From positions 930,001 through 994,000 of the forward strand of contig JBLDXI010000010.1 in the NCBI GenBank assembly GCA_047495785.1: a stretch of 64,000 bases of DNA. The letters are read 5' to 3'. The stretch's first letter is position 1. Each line of letters opens with the position of its first letter. Position numbers and translations under genes: made by a program. The notes under the pieces were generated by a model. That model ran no database searches. It had not been told where the DNA came from and saw only the letters and a program-made list of their open reading frames with translations. Of the stretch, positions 1-12,500 are shown one piece after another. This DNA is from Lepidodermella squamata. Taxonomy: Eukaryota; Animalia; Gastrotricha.

Positions 1-1515
1 CAGTTCCATTTCCAAGATGTCGACAGCCGCTTCAATGGACTTAACGTTGTAGTACATTGAAGCGCCAAGTTTCAACAGACTTGGCATCAGCTGCGGCTCC
101 TTTTTCACGAATCTTTCGAGTAACGATCGCGATTTACTGCAGGCTTCAATTTCAAAGTTTTCAGACTTTTTACCCAGAGACAGGCCAACTCCAAACTCAG
201 CGACATGTTCGCCATTCAATGGTTGATCAGCTGTGATTGGGTTCACAAGAATCGGTTTGTTGGCTAGAAAAGCTTCGAGCAGGCTTTCCATGCCACCATG
301 GCTGACAAACAAATGAATCGCAGGGTGATTGAGGACTTTGATTTGGGCGACACGTTTCTCCATCCGAAAATGAGGATACTTCTCCGGGTTTTGTAGAAGT
401 TCCTCTGAAACTATCGCGCTCAGATTTGCACCACCGTAAGACCACAAAATGTTAACTTGGTGACCAAAGGTAGATTGGCACTGAAGACCTTCGAGAAGAG
501 CTTTCATCCCTGAGTCTGGTGGTAACATGCTAGAACCAAATGCTACGTAGATAACGCTTTCTCGCCTTGAATGAGCATTATCGAGCCATTTTTGGAGACC
601 GGGGTCCATTTCGTAAATATCAGGCTCGATTATAGGACCAATCATGTGGATGAATGGCGACAGAGGGCGGGAATATTCCCACCCAAAGAAGTTAGTAACA
701 AAGAAATGCACATTCCTCTCAGGTCGCAACATATGGCTAGCTCGATCGAGACCAAGCTTATCCTGGAGTTGATTGATCTCACCGAAATAAGGGATGAAGG
801 CATATATAACCTTCGGCCATTGAATGAATCTATCGTAAATTCTCTCCAATAGATTCAATCCATCTAGAGTAGAGGGTGTGAACGCTGATGGTAAGTAGCC
901 TGGGGTGTCTGGGCATTTAGGAACTTGGGTGCTGGGTGAAATGACAACGTAAGGTACGCCCAGTTTGTTCGCCACATTTGGGCAGGAGAAGCTCATCCAG
1001 TCACAAATGAAGATATCAGGCCTATCTTCACCGGCAGCATCTTTCAAACTGAGAAACGCACCTTCGTGGATGGTCTTGGCGGTTTGAATTAAGTATCGGC
1101 TCAAGCCTTCGTGAGCTTCCATCCCAAAAGTTTCCCTTGCTATTTCGACAATGTACTTGCTGGATTTCGTCTGAGAAATCGTTCCATTTGATAGGTATTC
1201 GATAGTTCCGTTCAGTTGGTAATATTTACCGAATACGCCCGGTTTGAAGCATGTTTTCGACTCGTCGAAGACACTGGCAAGTGCAGTTCGGTGACCGCGC
1301 TTCATTAGGGCCTCCGAAAGCGCTATCATTGGCTTAATGTGTGATCTTGTACTCACGTCCATGACGAAAAGCGCGTACTTTGGCCGTGAAATTAGTTTTG
1401 CAAGGTCTGGGGAAATGTTACTCTTGATGTGATCCAGCTTTTCCGATTTGTAACCTGCGTTTGACTTGCCGGTGAGTTGAATGAAAGTCATTAGCAATAG
1501 AAAATGTAACCTCAT
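1..1515 (-). CDS. UDP-glycosyltransferase (GT1/UGT), intronless, 3' end runs off the window; paralogue of 7157-8848
   Basis: Not in the ORF track (no stop inside the window). Hand translation from ATG at 1515 gives 505 uninterrupted codons: MRLHFLLLMTFIQLTGKSNAG...YALFVMDVSTRSHIKPM...VIYVAFGS...RVAQIKVLNHPAIHLFVSHGGMESLLEA...PITADQPLNG, the UGT signature. It is colinear with the 594-aa ORF. Confidence 0.92.
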   Translation of the reverse strand, partial: MRLHFLLLMTFIQLTGKSNAGYKSEKLDHIKSNISPDLAKLISRPKYALFVMDVSTRSHIKPMIALSEALMKRGHRTALASVFDESKTCFKPGVFGKYYQLNGTIEYLSNGTISQTKSSKYIVEIARETFGMEAHEGLSRYLIQTAKTIHEGAFLSLKDAAGEDRPDIFICDWMSFSCPNVANKLGVPYVVISPSTQVPKCPDTPGYLPSAFTPSTLDGLNLLERIYDRFIQWPKVIYAFIPYFGEINQLQDKLGLDRASHMLRPERNVHFFVTNFFGWEYSRPLSPFIHMIGPIIEPDIYEMDPGLQKWLDNAHSRRESVIYVAFGSSMLPPDSGMKALLEGLQCQSTFGHQVNILWSYGGANLSAIVSEELLQNPEKYPHFRMEKRVAQIKVLNHPAIHLFVSHGGMESLLEAFLANKPILVNPITADQPLNGEHVAEFGVGLSLGKKSENFEIEACSKSRSLLERFVKKEPQLMPSLLKLGASMYYNVKSIEAAVDILEMEL

Positions 1516-2911
1516 TTTACTTCTCAGCAGTAATAAAGCGGAAATGTGTGGCGTACTACGGCACATAACTTGGGAACTGAAAAGAGGACATGTCAGCCTT
1601 ATCGGGAGATAGTAAAACGTACAAATGTTGGATGTGGGATATCGTTATAGGAAAGCTTTTACACTCCAAGGGCTTTCTTACTGCTTATCACAAACAATAA
1701 GCAAACAAAGCTTTTAAATTTGAGGTAGAAACTCAGTTTAATGGTTTTCTGTCTAGTTTCAAAACAGTATTTTAGTTTTCTTAGTTTTCTTAGTTTTTTT
1801 TCATGTGAAGGGAGTTCAGGAATATTGTTACCTAGCATTTCGTCATCTGGTTAAACCGCGAGAAGGCAATCAACGAGAACCGGCGACTCCTCTGTAAATG
1901 GCCCTCACGCGCCCGTATAATTCTATTTCTTGACATGAATTCTTGAAATCCGTTATAGACCGGAACACTTTACCTAACCGAGCTGAAGGGACAAACATGA
2001 AGTATCTGACCAGTGTATACAGTATAGAAATTTCCTGGAAATTCCGTGGAGTTGTTATTCACGGAGGTCTCGCCCGTCAGATCCGATCAAAATTATGATT
2101 TTCGTTTCTTATTTCTCTTCCTTCGAAGGTACCTTGGAATGAAGGTACCTGGACAACTCATTTCATAGAGAGGTTGCTCATAGGTGCTGATAAAAAATGT
2201 AGTAGTCCGTGAAAAATCGATCGAGACACGCATCGTGATTCATTGAGCATCAATCTGGCCATAATATATTAATCTCTCACCGGCTAATATATTACATTTT
2301 TCATAGTTTATTCGTAACGGTTGGCGGATTTAATCTGCAGATGGAATTTTTCAAAACAGACGGCGACTAATACGCAGCTCTCAGACGCGCACTTCATCAC
2401 CGCGGAGGGGTTGTTGTTGTTGTTGTTCCTGGAAGTGATCGGACAGCTTTTGGAAGTGATCATTAGAACCCTTTTCTACTGAATTGAATTCTAAGCCACA
2501 AGCTTCTCCTGTCCGCAGTCCTGGGCCCTGGGCCGATAGCAAGAAAGCTATTGCGGGCATGAAGTCGCAAAAGCAAGGTCAAGGCACAAAATGTTACTAA
2601 TTTCGTGGAATGCAATAGTTTTACTTGTGTTGGCATCAATACCAGGCTATTGAACTGCGTTGCATTAACCCAGCTACAACTATTCACAGAATGCGTGTCA
2701 GGTGGGTGGCTCTTAGGCTTATTAGGTCCACGCAGCAACGTGCCCTGTTTGTAAGGTGCCGCTAATGAGAAATTCGCTAATTGCTACTTACCGAATGACG
2801 TGAACTTCTTTTGCTGGGAATGAAATCCGTCCTCTGTCTTAAAGGTCGAAAGTCTACAAACCCGAGCTCATAAAACTCGGATAGAGCAAATTTGAAAAGT
2901 AGAACGAAATT

Positions 2912-5583
2912 ATGTATGAACCCTTTCTCGCTATGCTTCTCACTTGCAATGCGCTCGTCAACTGCCAAAAACTCGTCTTGAGGAGCCCGATGCCAAAATT
3001 GCTACAGGTCAACAGCACCGCCGATGATAATCCTCGGACGCCTGTAACTCTTCTCGCTTCAATCAACTATGGGGGAGGTCTTACACTGTCGCTAGGCCCG
3101 CTTTGCACGGAAGCTATGCGGTTCGCCCTGGAGAATTCCCGCCAGTCAAATCAATTGCTTCGCAACTACGATTTGCGAATTTCTTTGTTCGACGATCAAG
3201 TATGCTTTTAAGATACCGAAATCAGATAATATTTTCTTTTTTTACTCCATTTCATAGTACTTTACCTTCAGCGGAATAAATTATGTAACCAGCACGTTGC
3301 GAGATATCAAAGAAGGCCGGAATAAAGAAAGCATTCTGCCTCTGCATCTGGGAAATATTGGAACGATTTACACTGGGCAATTCCTGCAGCATTTCAACTT
3401 CTTCACAATCAACCACGTCCAGGCTGTTCACCTCTCGCGAGTCCTGTCCTATGATAGAGACTACCTACCTTCAGCCGTTAATATTTTTATCCCGCATGAA
3501 TATGTCTACCCTTCATTGGTCGAATTTTTGGATAGAATGAATTGGCGCAAACTGGCGATTCTTTCTACCGCGAATTTCTTGTGGACTCGGGTAAATTTGG
3601 TAAATTGCCGTGTAATGCAAGTCTCATGTGCTTACTTTCTTGTAGTGGGATCTTGCGCTTATAAAGCAAATGTATCTTAGAAATATGACTCTGATGGGCT
3701 ACGTCAAAATCCCAGTGCTTCTTGGTACTACAAGCCCAACAGCAGCTGACATCGAAAAAACTGTTCAGGAGTTGGCTGAATTCAAAGAGGCTAGAGTTTT
3801 TGTTATCCACGCGACTGCCGCCGTGGAGATTTCCTGCTTGCTTTACAAGTATGGGATATACGGCCCTGGTTACGTCATTTTGATAAATGGACTCGGATTT
3901 TATGGCGCTGACGCTCCAATTCCCTATGCGTGGTGCTCAAGGGAAATGTTAGTCGAGGTCCTCGGAAGCGCTCTATTTTTCGGCCAGATGCCTGCGAGTG
4001 AGATACAAGGTCCAGCGAATACGAACTCCTCTGGTGGAATTACAGCTGATAAGCTGGATGATTATCTACGCAGTAAAATCGAAGCACCCGAAACCTTTCC
4101 GACCTGGTGGTTACGAAGCTCCTGCTACGACATGGCTCTATTCGCAATTCATGTCTTGAATGCCACTGAAACCAAACTGAATGCCAGAAATCAGACCTTG
4201 AATGACTGGTTGACAAACGGCGATAATTTCCAACAAAATGGCAGCTACATCTTCTCAATGATAAAAGACAGCATTTTCAGCGTGGATATGCAAGGTTTTG
4301 TGAGTAGGCTACAGTTCAACAAGTCGACAGGCTTCAACACACCCGGAAATTACCCGCTTGCCATAACTCAGCATCAAAAGGTTGGGGGAAGGATGATGCC
4401 TGTTGTTGGAGCTACATTGAACGCGACAGAGGCCTCTGTCAGATTCGGCCCAGGCAAATTTGTTTGGCGCACTTGGAATAATGTACCTCCTCGAGATGAA
4501 ACATTAGTCATTGCGGTGAAAGAGGCTGATTCTGTTACAGCTTTTGCCACACTTGCAGGTAATTTAAAAAATTCGCGTATTCAAATTAAATTTCAAACAA
4601 ACTTTCAGCTCTCGCAATACTGCTATGCATCCTATCTTCGCTTTCGTTAATCTGGACTCTTAAAAAGAGGCTGAAACTCTCTGACGAGAGAAGCAGTTGG
4701 ACCTCTTATCCGTTACTGATCGGTGGCATCTTTCTAGCATGTCAACCTTTGATTATGGGCTATAAAGCCGAAGCAAATATTCATAACAATTGCATGGGAT
4801 CTTACTTTGTATTATTAAGCGGATTCTCCATTGTTTTGTCAACGCACTTAGTTGAACTCTGGCATGCCTACAAAGCGTTTAAATCTGACTCGAGTCGAGA
4901 ATCGCAACCTTCAAGATCAAGAACTAAACCCCGAAAATACCCGATCAGGAAGCCGGTATCTAAGACCTTGTCCATCTCGAGCGAGTTTCCATCGAAAAAG
5001 GCTTCGATTATCATAGTCGGCACATTGATTTACAACTGTGGGCTACTTGCTATCTGGTTTGCCGTTGAACCGCTAATTACTGTTATGAAGGAGCTGCGAT
5101 TCGAAAAATCCCGAACCGACATTAGTTTGTCGTTTAGCTATTACGATTTTCAATGCGACATGGGAAGCTGGGTTCTAAGTGATAACTTTCATCTTCATGA
5201 TCTCATGATCATTCTGATTGCTCTGCCGAACACTGTCGCTATGCTAACGGCGATAGCCTTTGCCCTGATGCTTCAGAATGTGAGTTGAATTTTAGGGACC
5301 ATATTCAATCTTTTAATCGTTTTCATCTCTGCTATTTCGACAGGCGGCCGTTAATTCTTTGCGGCAGTCGACTTATGGAACGATAATTGCAACTGCGGCT
5401 GGTTGCGCTATAGCCATGATATTTGCTGATCAGTGGAAACATCTGCAGGTAGTTATTTCTGCCACTTGCTTGGTTATCGCCGCTAGCAATTTGGCGACGC
5501 GGTTTCTCTTTGTTGGCAAGAAAATCAATCCTGTTGCTACAGCAGTCTCATTATATCCGAAGGACACAATTCATGCCCCTTAA
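2912..5583 (+). CDS. Class C GPCR, GABA-B-like (Venus flytrap + 7TM), multi-exon
   Basis: ORFs 2912, 3297, 3670, 4749 and 5359 are joined by short GT-AG introns (donors near 3200, 3591, 4559, 5280). Signal peptide, LLRNYDLRI..DDQ, MNWRKLAIL, CLLYKYGIYGPGYV, WRTWNNVPPRD leading directly into TM1 with no cysteine-rich domain, and W..VEPL before ECL2. Confidence 0.85.
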
Positions 5584-6784
5584 ACATTGAAACGTGGAAT
5601 GCATGCAATAAGTATTCCTGTCAGTTTATTAACTACTTAGTCACTGCGATCGGTAAATATTAGCATCATTAACAATTTAGGTTTATCATTGTTTAGATTT
5701 ATTCATATTGATGTTTTTTAATCACATTGTGACCTCAAGTCAATAACCATTCCTGTTTGACTTTGATCTAATCAGTCTTAGAATTGACACACACTGATAA
5801 AAGGTGAAATCAACAAAGTAAAAAACGCCTGTGTCGATCGTGTCACCATTTGCTTGCGTCTTTTGCTTTTGAACGAGTCAATTCGAGAAAGTGCTTGATC
5901 ACCGTAATTAGAGATTAGAGCTGAAAATAACTTATTAGCTGAAAAATGATATTCAAGATCCAATGCTTCAGTGTCGTAGCTTTGAATGTGAAAAATAGGC
6001 TCCAATCATGATTAATTTTGTCCATAATCCTAAGTTATGTCCCCCAAACCCGTACAAGATTCAGGTATTGGATTTTGCTCATTTTAGGCGTGATTTTATC
6101 TCAAAACCTTCAAATCGCATTTGTGCAAAAGATAACATCTACATCCAAATGTTTCAAGTTTCAAGTAACTTCATGCATGCAGCATGTAACAAGTTATCAT
6201 AATTTCGGCCATTTCTTAGTCCATACCGCAAAGTATGCAATCAAGAATGTTGACTGGGAGAGAATGAGTTCGCAGATAGCTAACGCAATCACCTGATCAA
6301 ACCCATTTTCCTATCGAGCTAATGACGACTAATGACGCGATGAGAATAGTTGCCGAGTTAAGAAGAGCGATTTTGATCGTAGCAATGACGATTTCAAATC
6401 CGCGCGGGATCGAGAAGCCCCTTGTACCGTAAAGTTTCACCGCACCATAGCCGAGAACGAGAAGATTCCACCCTGCAAAACCAGCCGCCCAAGCGGGGAG
6501 GTGACTGCTGTAACATCGCTCAGCCGTTGTTATAGTGTACATGTCAAGCGAGGAGGATCAACTTCAACAAGCCATACTAAGTATCAAAATAATCCCACAA
6601 ATAATCGAAAGGGCCAGAGATGCTGTGATCGTGTGCTTAGCACTTCTTTTTCTGGTTAACCTCGTTCTTGTAGCATTCTGTCAGCTGAGACTGAGGCTGA
6701 GCGGGAAAGACGCCAATGGGACAGTCGCAGAGAACAGGAGCAGCAAGACATCTAAAACTACCCAGCAGCTCAAAGGAGAGCAGG

Positions 6785-6950
6785 CAGCGCGCGAAGTAAC
6801 GGGGTGAAGGAGCGCAGGGAGCAGGGATATCGTACCCCACAGTTCGCAAGACCAAGATGAAAAGCCTCAGGAAAATCTCAGGGAATCCTTTGGTCATAAA
6901 ATGTGGGCCCGGAAATACCACCTTGTTTCGAGGATCCTACTTCGCGCTTC
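6785..6950 (-). mobile_element. Degenerate copy of a ~130-165 bp hAT-like MITE family (CAGnnnGCGAAGTAGGATCC end)
   Basis: CAGCGCGCGAAGTA at 6785 and GGATCCTACTTCGC at 6932-6945; interior resembles the copy at 9218-9343. Confidence 0.55.
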
Positions 6951-7156
6951 GCGCGAATTAGAACAGAAACGACGATAACAAAACAGCCAAGCATATATTT
7001 ACTCCAAGCACCTCGGTGGGAGCAATCTGGATCCTTGACTAGGAAAATCTAAGACAAATCTGAATATTAAAATTTTATTGCTTTTTCACTATTGTAACTT
7101 ACAATGAATTATGATGTTCCTGAATCACAGTGTGACCTGAAGCCGATAATCGATAA

Positions 7157-8848
7157 TCATTCGATTTTCGGCTTTGATCTCATTAGTCTACGTGTTAGCG
7201 CAAATATAACGAACAAACCGGCGAGTACAACGGCGTATAAGTCCACATCGTGAAGCCTGTAAAATGGGGTTTCATCTTCAAACATCCGTAGGTGTTCAGA
7301 TCCGATCGTCATCTCCATTTCCATGACGTCCACGGCTGCCTCGATGTGTTCAGCATTGTAATACAGTGCTGCGCTGATTCTCAAAAGGTTTTGCATTAGC
7401 TTCGGCTCTTTCTCTCTATAACGCGAGAGCAGTTTCTGCGATTTGGTGCAGGCTTCATCTTTTGCGTTCCGAGAATCCTTGCTCATCTGGAGACCAACTC
7501 CGAGCTCAGTCACTCGCATAGCATTCCATGACTGATCGCCTGTTATTGCGTTTACAAATATCGGCTTTTGGGCTAAAAAAGCTTCGAACAGGCTCTCCAT
7601 GCCGCCATGATTAACAAACAGGTGAACAGCCGGGTGATTGAGAACTTTGATTTGGGCAACACGTTTCTCCATTCGAAAATAAGGATAATTTGTCGCATTG
7701 TTCAGCATATCCTCAGGGACTGTTGCACTAAGATTGGTGCTGCCGTAGGACCATAAAAATCTGGTATGATGATGATTCAAGGACCGGCTGCACTGGAGGC
7801 CCTCCAGCATAGCTGTTATTTTAGAATCGCTCGGTCGAAATTCAGAGCCAAAGGCGATGTAAACGACACTGTCATGTCGAGAATGAGCTTGATCGAGCCA
7901 CGTTTGAAGATCTGGGCTCATTTCGTAGATATCAGGCTCAATGATAGGACCGAGAAAATGCATGAAAGGCGAGATCGGGCGTGAATATTCCCAGCCGAAG
8001 AAGTTGGGAATGAATATGTGAACATTCTTCTCCGGCTGCAACGAGTGGCTCACTTGTTCCAGCCCAAGTTTGCTTTTGAGCCGGTTCATCTCAAGTAAGT
8101 AAGGAATAAAGCTGAAGACAATTTTGGGGAAAAAGACAAATTGGATGTACAGCCTCTCAAGTAGACTCAATCCGTCATTGCTGAATGGCGTAAACATTGA
8201 TGGTAGGTAGCTCGGAATGTTTGGGCAATTGGGAACTTGGCTGAAAGTTGAGGTCATCACATAAGGAATCCCTAATTTCTTCGCTACATTCGGACAGGAG
8301 AAACTCAACCAGTCGCAAACCATGATGTCAGGACGATCCTCTTCGACAGCATCCTTCAGGCTGAGAAAAGCACCCTCATAGGAATCCTCAGCCAGCTTCA
8401 TGAGTATCCTGCTTATGCCCTCATGCAGTTCCATTTCAGAAGTCTCCTTGTTTATTTGCTTCACAAATTCGATGGATTTTTCCTGGGGGATCTTGCCGTT
8501 TGACAAGTACTCCAAGGTGCCGTTTAATTGGTAGTATTTTCCAAACTGACCCGGCCTGTACCAAGTACTCGCCGCGTCAAAAAGACTCGCAAGTGCCGTG
8601 CGGTGGCCGCGCCTCTGGAGAATTTCTGAGAGCGCTATCATCGGCTTTACGTGCGACCTGGTGGACATATCCAGGACGAATAGGGCGTACCTTGGCTGGG
8701 CGATGAGCCTCGCAAGGTCGGGCGCCATGTTACCCTTGATCTCAACCAGTTTCTCGGATATATAGTTTCCCACACTAGCATTGACCTTTTCTATTGTAAG
8801 GAGAATAAATAGCCATGATATTTTGTAAATTATCCTGGTTTTCGCCAT
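7157..8848 (-). CDS. UDP-glycosyltransferase (GT1/UGT), intronless, ER membrane type
   Basis: 594-aa ORF; the likely start is MAKTR at 8848, which gives a signal peptide. RSH catalytic-His region, VVYIAFGS, RVAQIKVLNHPAVHLFVNHGGMESLFEA..PIFVNAITGDQ signature, C-terminal TM and KxKxx (KPKIE) ER-retrieval motif. Confidence 0.93.
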   Translation of the reverse strand: MAKTRIIYKISWLFILLTIEKVNASVGNYISEKLVEIKGNMAPDLARLIAQPRYALFVLDMSTRSHVKPMIALSEILQRRGHRTALASLFDAASTWYRPGQFGKYYQLNGTLEYLSNGKIPQEKSIEFVKQINKETSEMELHEGISRILMKLAEDSYEGAFLSLKDAVEEDRPDIMVCDWLSFSCPNVAKKLGIPYVMTSTFSQVPNCPNIPSYLPSMFTPFSNDGLSLLERLYIQFVFFPKIVFSFIPYLLEMNRLKSKLGLEQVSHSLQPEKNVHIFIPNFFGWEYSRPISPFMHFLGPIIEPDIYEMSPDLQTWLDQAHSRHDSVVYIAFGSEFRPSDSKITAMLEGLQCSRSLNHHHTRFLWSYGSTNLSATVPEDMLNNATNYPYFRMEKRVAQIKVLNHPAVHLFVNHGGMESLFEAFLAQKPIFVNAITGDQSWNAMRVTELGVGLQMSKDSRNAKDEACTKSQKLLSRYREKEPKLMQNLLRISAALYYNAEHIEAAVDVMEMEMTIGSEHLRMFEDETPFYRLHDVDLYAVVLAGLFVIFALTRRLMRSKPKIE

Positions 8849-9217
8849 GCCTAAATGTTGATAATAGGGAGTTTTAGTTCGCGACGGTTTTTTCAACAAT
8901 ATGTGCTCAAACGAAAATAATAGCCTACTATACAATAACATTAGAACATTTAACGTGCGTGGAGGCGTTGAATGTAATAATTAGCTGTCATAAAGTGTTA
9001 GCGATTTTGAACGACTCACGACAATTCAAATAAAGTACGGACAATATTTATTTTCGCCTCGCGAAATTTCATTTACCGTCTAACCATGAGGAATTTTTTA
9101 AGCGGTTTTCAACATTCGATATTAGGTCTGGTGTGCGGGGTTGGCGGAAAACAAGAGCAACAGAGCATCTAAAACGGCCAAATCAGCCAAGCGGGGAACA
9201 GTAGCATCGACAACAAC

Positions 9218-9343
9218 CAGTTTGCGAAGTAGGATCCTCGAGCTAGGAGCTAGGAGTTACTTCGGACCTGATGTTTTTGGGGGTTTTCTTGCCAGGACCT
9301 TTCGAACTGAGGGTTTCGAAGCCCCGCACTTCCCCGTTCGCTA
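9218..9343 (+). mobile_element. Degenerate copy of the hAT-like MITE family
   Basis: CAGTTTGCGAAGTAGGATCCTCGA at 9218-9241; the 3' part (CGAACTGAGGG..CCCCGTTCG) matches the reverse complement of the 6785-6950 copy. Confidence 0.5.
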
Positions 9344-9583
9344 AGACAAGAGCAAACAGTGGAAAATAGGAAAACTGGGATGGAACTTGATTTTAAGAAC
9401 CAAGACAATACAAAGCTAACGAAGGAGTAAAATCGCCACATGTTGAATACCTGCTTACTGTTTATCTATTTGCTCAACATGTGCAAATGACTTATTGAGT
9501 AATATTGAGGTGAAAGTAAACAACTGAATGGCTACTATAACCTATGCTACTAGCTCAGCGGTCATTTCATCCATATTCTTGAG

Positions 9584-12500
9584 ATGGAAAACACTCCGTT
9601 CACGATTTTCATTGTTGTTATCCTAGCAACAAATGTAGCAACTAAAATCGAACCTTTTCTGAATCTTATTGCGAACAAAGCTTTGATCGAAAGAGCCGAT
9701 GACATCATTTTAAACCGAAAAATAGGACCGGACCAAAGCAACCAGAATTCGCCTCTAATCGAAGGATCAGGTTCCGAACCTGATTTGCCTAGCTCTAGTG
9801 AGCTGTTTTCGGATAGTGCTACGACGCAACAGCCATCGACTCACATTCAAACTTTGATTCAAGAGGAAAACTTTCTCCCGGTATCAACATCTCGAGGTAA
9901 TGAAAAACCGAATCATGCGTGTCATTCTCTTTTTAAATTTTTTAATACTTCAGGCTCGTTCAATAATTCAATTTGTTCCCTCGCGATAAATGGCTCAGTT
10001 TCAGTTTCGAACATCACGTCGACCAAAATGTTTAGCCTTGAATGTAGCTATCCCGTGGCCATTGAAGCGAATCGAAGCGGAACGCCCCTTCATATCGCGG
10101 CATTTCACGGCAATGAAGTTTTTATCAACGAACTGATTGGTCCTCAGGTCAAATTAACAGAAATTCTCGACTCGAAAAACGCCTCCTTACTTCATGCTGT
10201 TATCCTCGGATCACCGGAAAATTCCCACAGAATTATCGATATTTTATTACAAATCGATATCGAGTTGATCGAGTCTCGTGACCAAGATTTAATGACCCCA
10301 TTCCTTCAAGCTGTGAAGTCGGATTCGATCGACTTGGCCAGGTATCTGGTGGAAGAATACGGCGCCGATTTCAATCCAAATACCGGTGCAGTCAACCGTG
10401 ACGGTCTATCGGCCTTCCACCTGGCTGAGAGCGTTGCAATGCTACGGTTTCTCATTTCAACCACAATGGTACCTTTCATTGAAATCAATCGAAAAACCGC
10501 GAGTGATGAAGAAATGACCCCGCTTTTAATCGCGATTGGAGGCAAAAAATCGTTCGCCTTGGTTAATTACCTTCTCGGGCTCGCAGCTAAGCCGAACGAT
10601 GTCAATAATTTGGGCCAGAATTCGCTTCATCTAGCCGTTGAGACGAATCAATACCGAGTCGTCCGCACCTTACTTTCACGCTATAATGCTGACGCAATGG
10701 CGCGTGACCGTAGCGGAAAAACTCCGGCGATGATCGCTGCTGAGAATCATCTGATTGATATCACTCGATTATTCAGCAATCTCAATCACAGTGTCCCAAA
10801 AAATCTCGGAAATTTGCTTCATGTTGTTGTGGCTAATAATTTCACTGAAGCTATTGATTTATTCATTACCAAGTCAAATTTCGAAAATTTATCACTCCAG
10901 AAAAACGAACGAGGTCTAACGCCATTGCTGTTATCGATCGATATCGGAAATTTACCGATAATCGATCGATTGATTGATTCGAGTTCGATTCAAGTTATCA
11001 ACACGCCGAGCTCGGATGAAGAAATCGGCGATTCGGCGATGCAATTATCAATTCGGAAGGGCCTATTCGATGTCGCTTTGAAATTACTCGAGCGTGACGG
11101 GGTTGAATTTGACCACATCAATCTACAGGGTGAAACAGCCGCTCATCTAGCTGTTGCGATGAATTTTACCGCAGGGCTATCGGAACTTGTCCGTTTCCAG
11201 GCTAAAAGTCTCGAAATTCGTGACCGTCACGCTTCAACGCCCTTGTTGAAAGCCTTTGAGCTCGGCAATCTGGAGGCGATAGCCATTTTATCGGAAGCTG
11301 TTAACCATCCATCGCTGAGTTTGAGAACTATCGAGGGCGGTATGTCCCCTCTTCACCTGGCTATCCAGCTGCGGCGGCCTGATTTGGTTCAAAAATTACT
11401 GGAAAACGGTGCTAATGCGTCACAGTTGAATGACCACGGAAATAGCCCGCTGCAAGAGTCGCTGATTCTACCGGATGATACTGAAATTCCTATGATTTTC
11501 ATTAAACGGAAGGCTGGCCTCTTCGCAAGAAATAATTTCCATCGAAATGTCCTTCATTTGCTTGTCAGGTTAGAAAATCTAATTTAATTTAAATTAAATA
11601 AATTGATTTTTTTCCTGTTTTGAGGAGGATTTTTAAGTCGAAATTTAAATTGAAAAAATTGATTTGAATTCAGCCTAATCCAATTTGAACCAATTTAAAA
11701 AAAAAAATTAAAATTTTCAAAATTTTCAAAATTTTCTAAAATGTTATCAATTTTTTTTGTTCATTTTCAGAAACAGCATTTACGATTTTATGTTGGCCGA
11801 GGCTATCCTCAACGTCACTACGAAGCAAGAATCAGAAAGTCTTCTAAATGCTCTGGACATTTTAGGCGACACCCCTTTGCATCGAGCCGTCTCGCATGAG
11901 AACGTCGATGTGGCTAAATTGTACCTGCACCACGGCGCTCGTTGCCATCTTCGCGATAAATTCTCGCGAACACCACTGCAACTGGCAGCCTTGTCCGGCT
12001 ATCGTTACTTGGTCGATGTTTTGCTCACCTTTTCGCAATGTTCCAATCATCAAGTTGACCTAGATAGCGTGAAATTGGGTCGTCGCAAAAATACGAGTGT
12101 GCCGTTTCCTGACGATGACGATGGCCAGATTTTGCCTTATATCGATAATGTATTGACCATGCTTTCAAAAGGTAAGAAACCCGTGGCACATGGCACAAAT
12201 TTAGAAATTTGTCACGTAAAAAAATTATGGATAAATGTAAAGAAAATATTAAAATATTATAGACAAATTCATTTCATTTTTTTTTAATTTATTCGAAAAA
12301 TTAAAATTTATTCAAGCGGAACCGCACTTCGAAAATTTGCAAATTCAAATTATTAAGCTGAACGTTGTGGAAATTAAATTGAATTCTGAGTTTCAGATTC
12401 TAAAAATTTCAATTTTTTAATCAATTTGAAATTTCAATTTCAATTTTTTTCAATTTTCGGGGGTTTCTGGAAAAATTTTTTAATCAAACAATTATTTTTA

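Noticed and set aside
6297-6921. Short hydrophobic ORFs (also 9141-9441, 46616-46804, 53680-53991)
   Set aside because: They overlap MITEs or purine-skewed degenerate sequence, with no consistent frame or domain.
6928-9241. Pack-type transposon carrying the UGT, defined by the 18-bp inverted repeat
   Set aside because: The repeats are termini of two separate MITE copies, each extending outward, and no TSD flanks the 18-mers. Kept only as a weaker finding.
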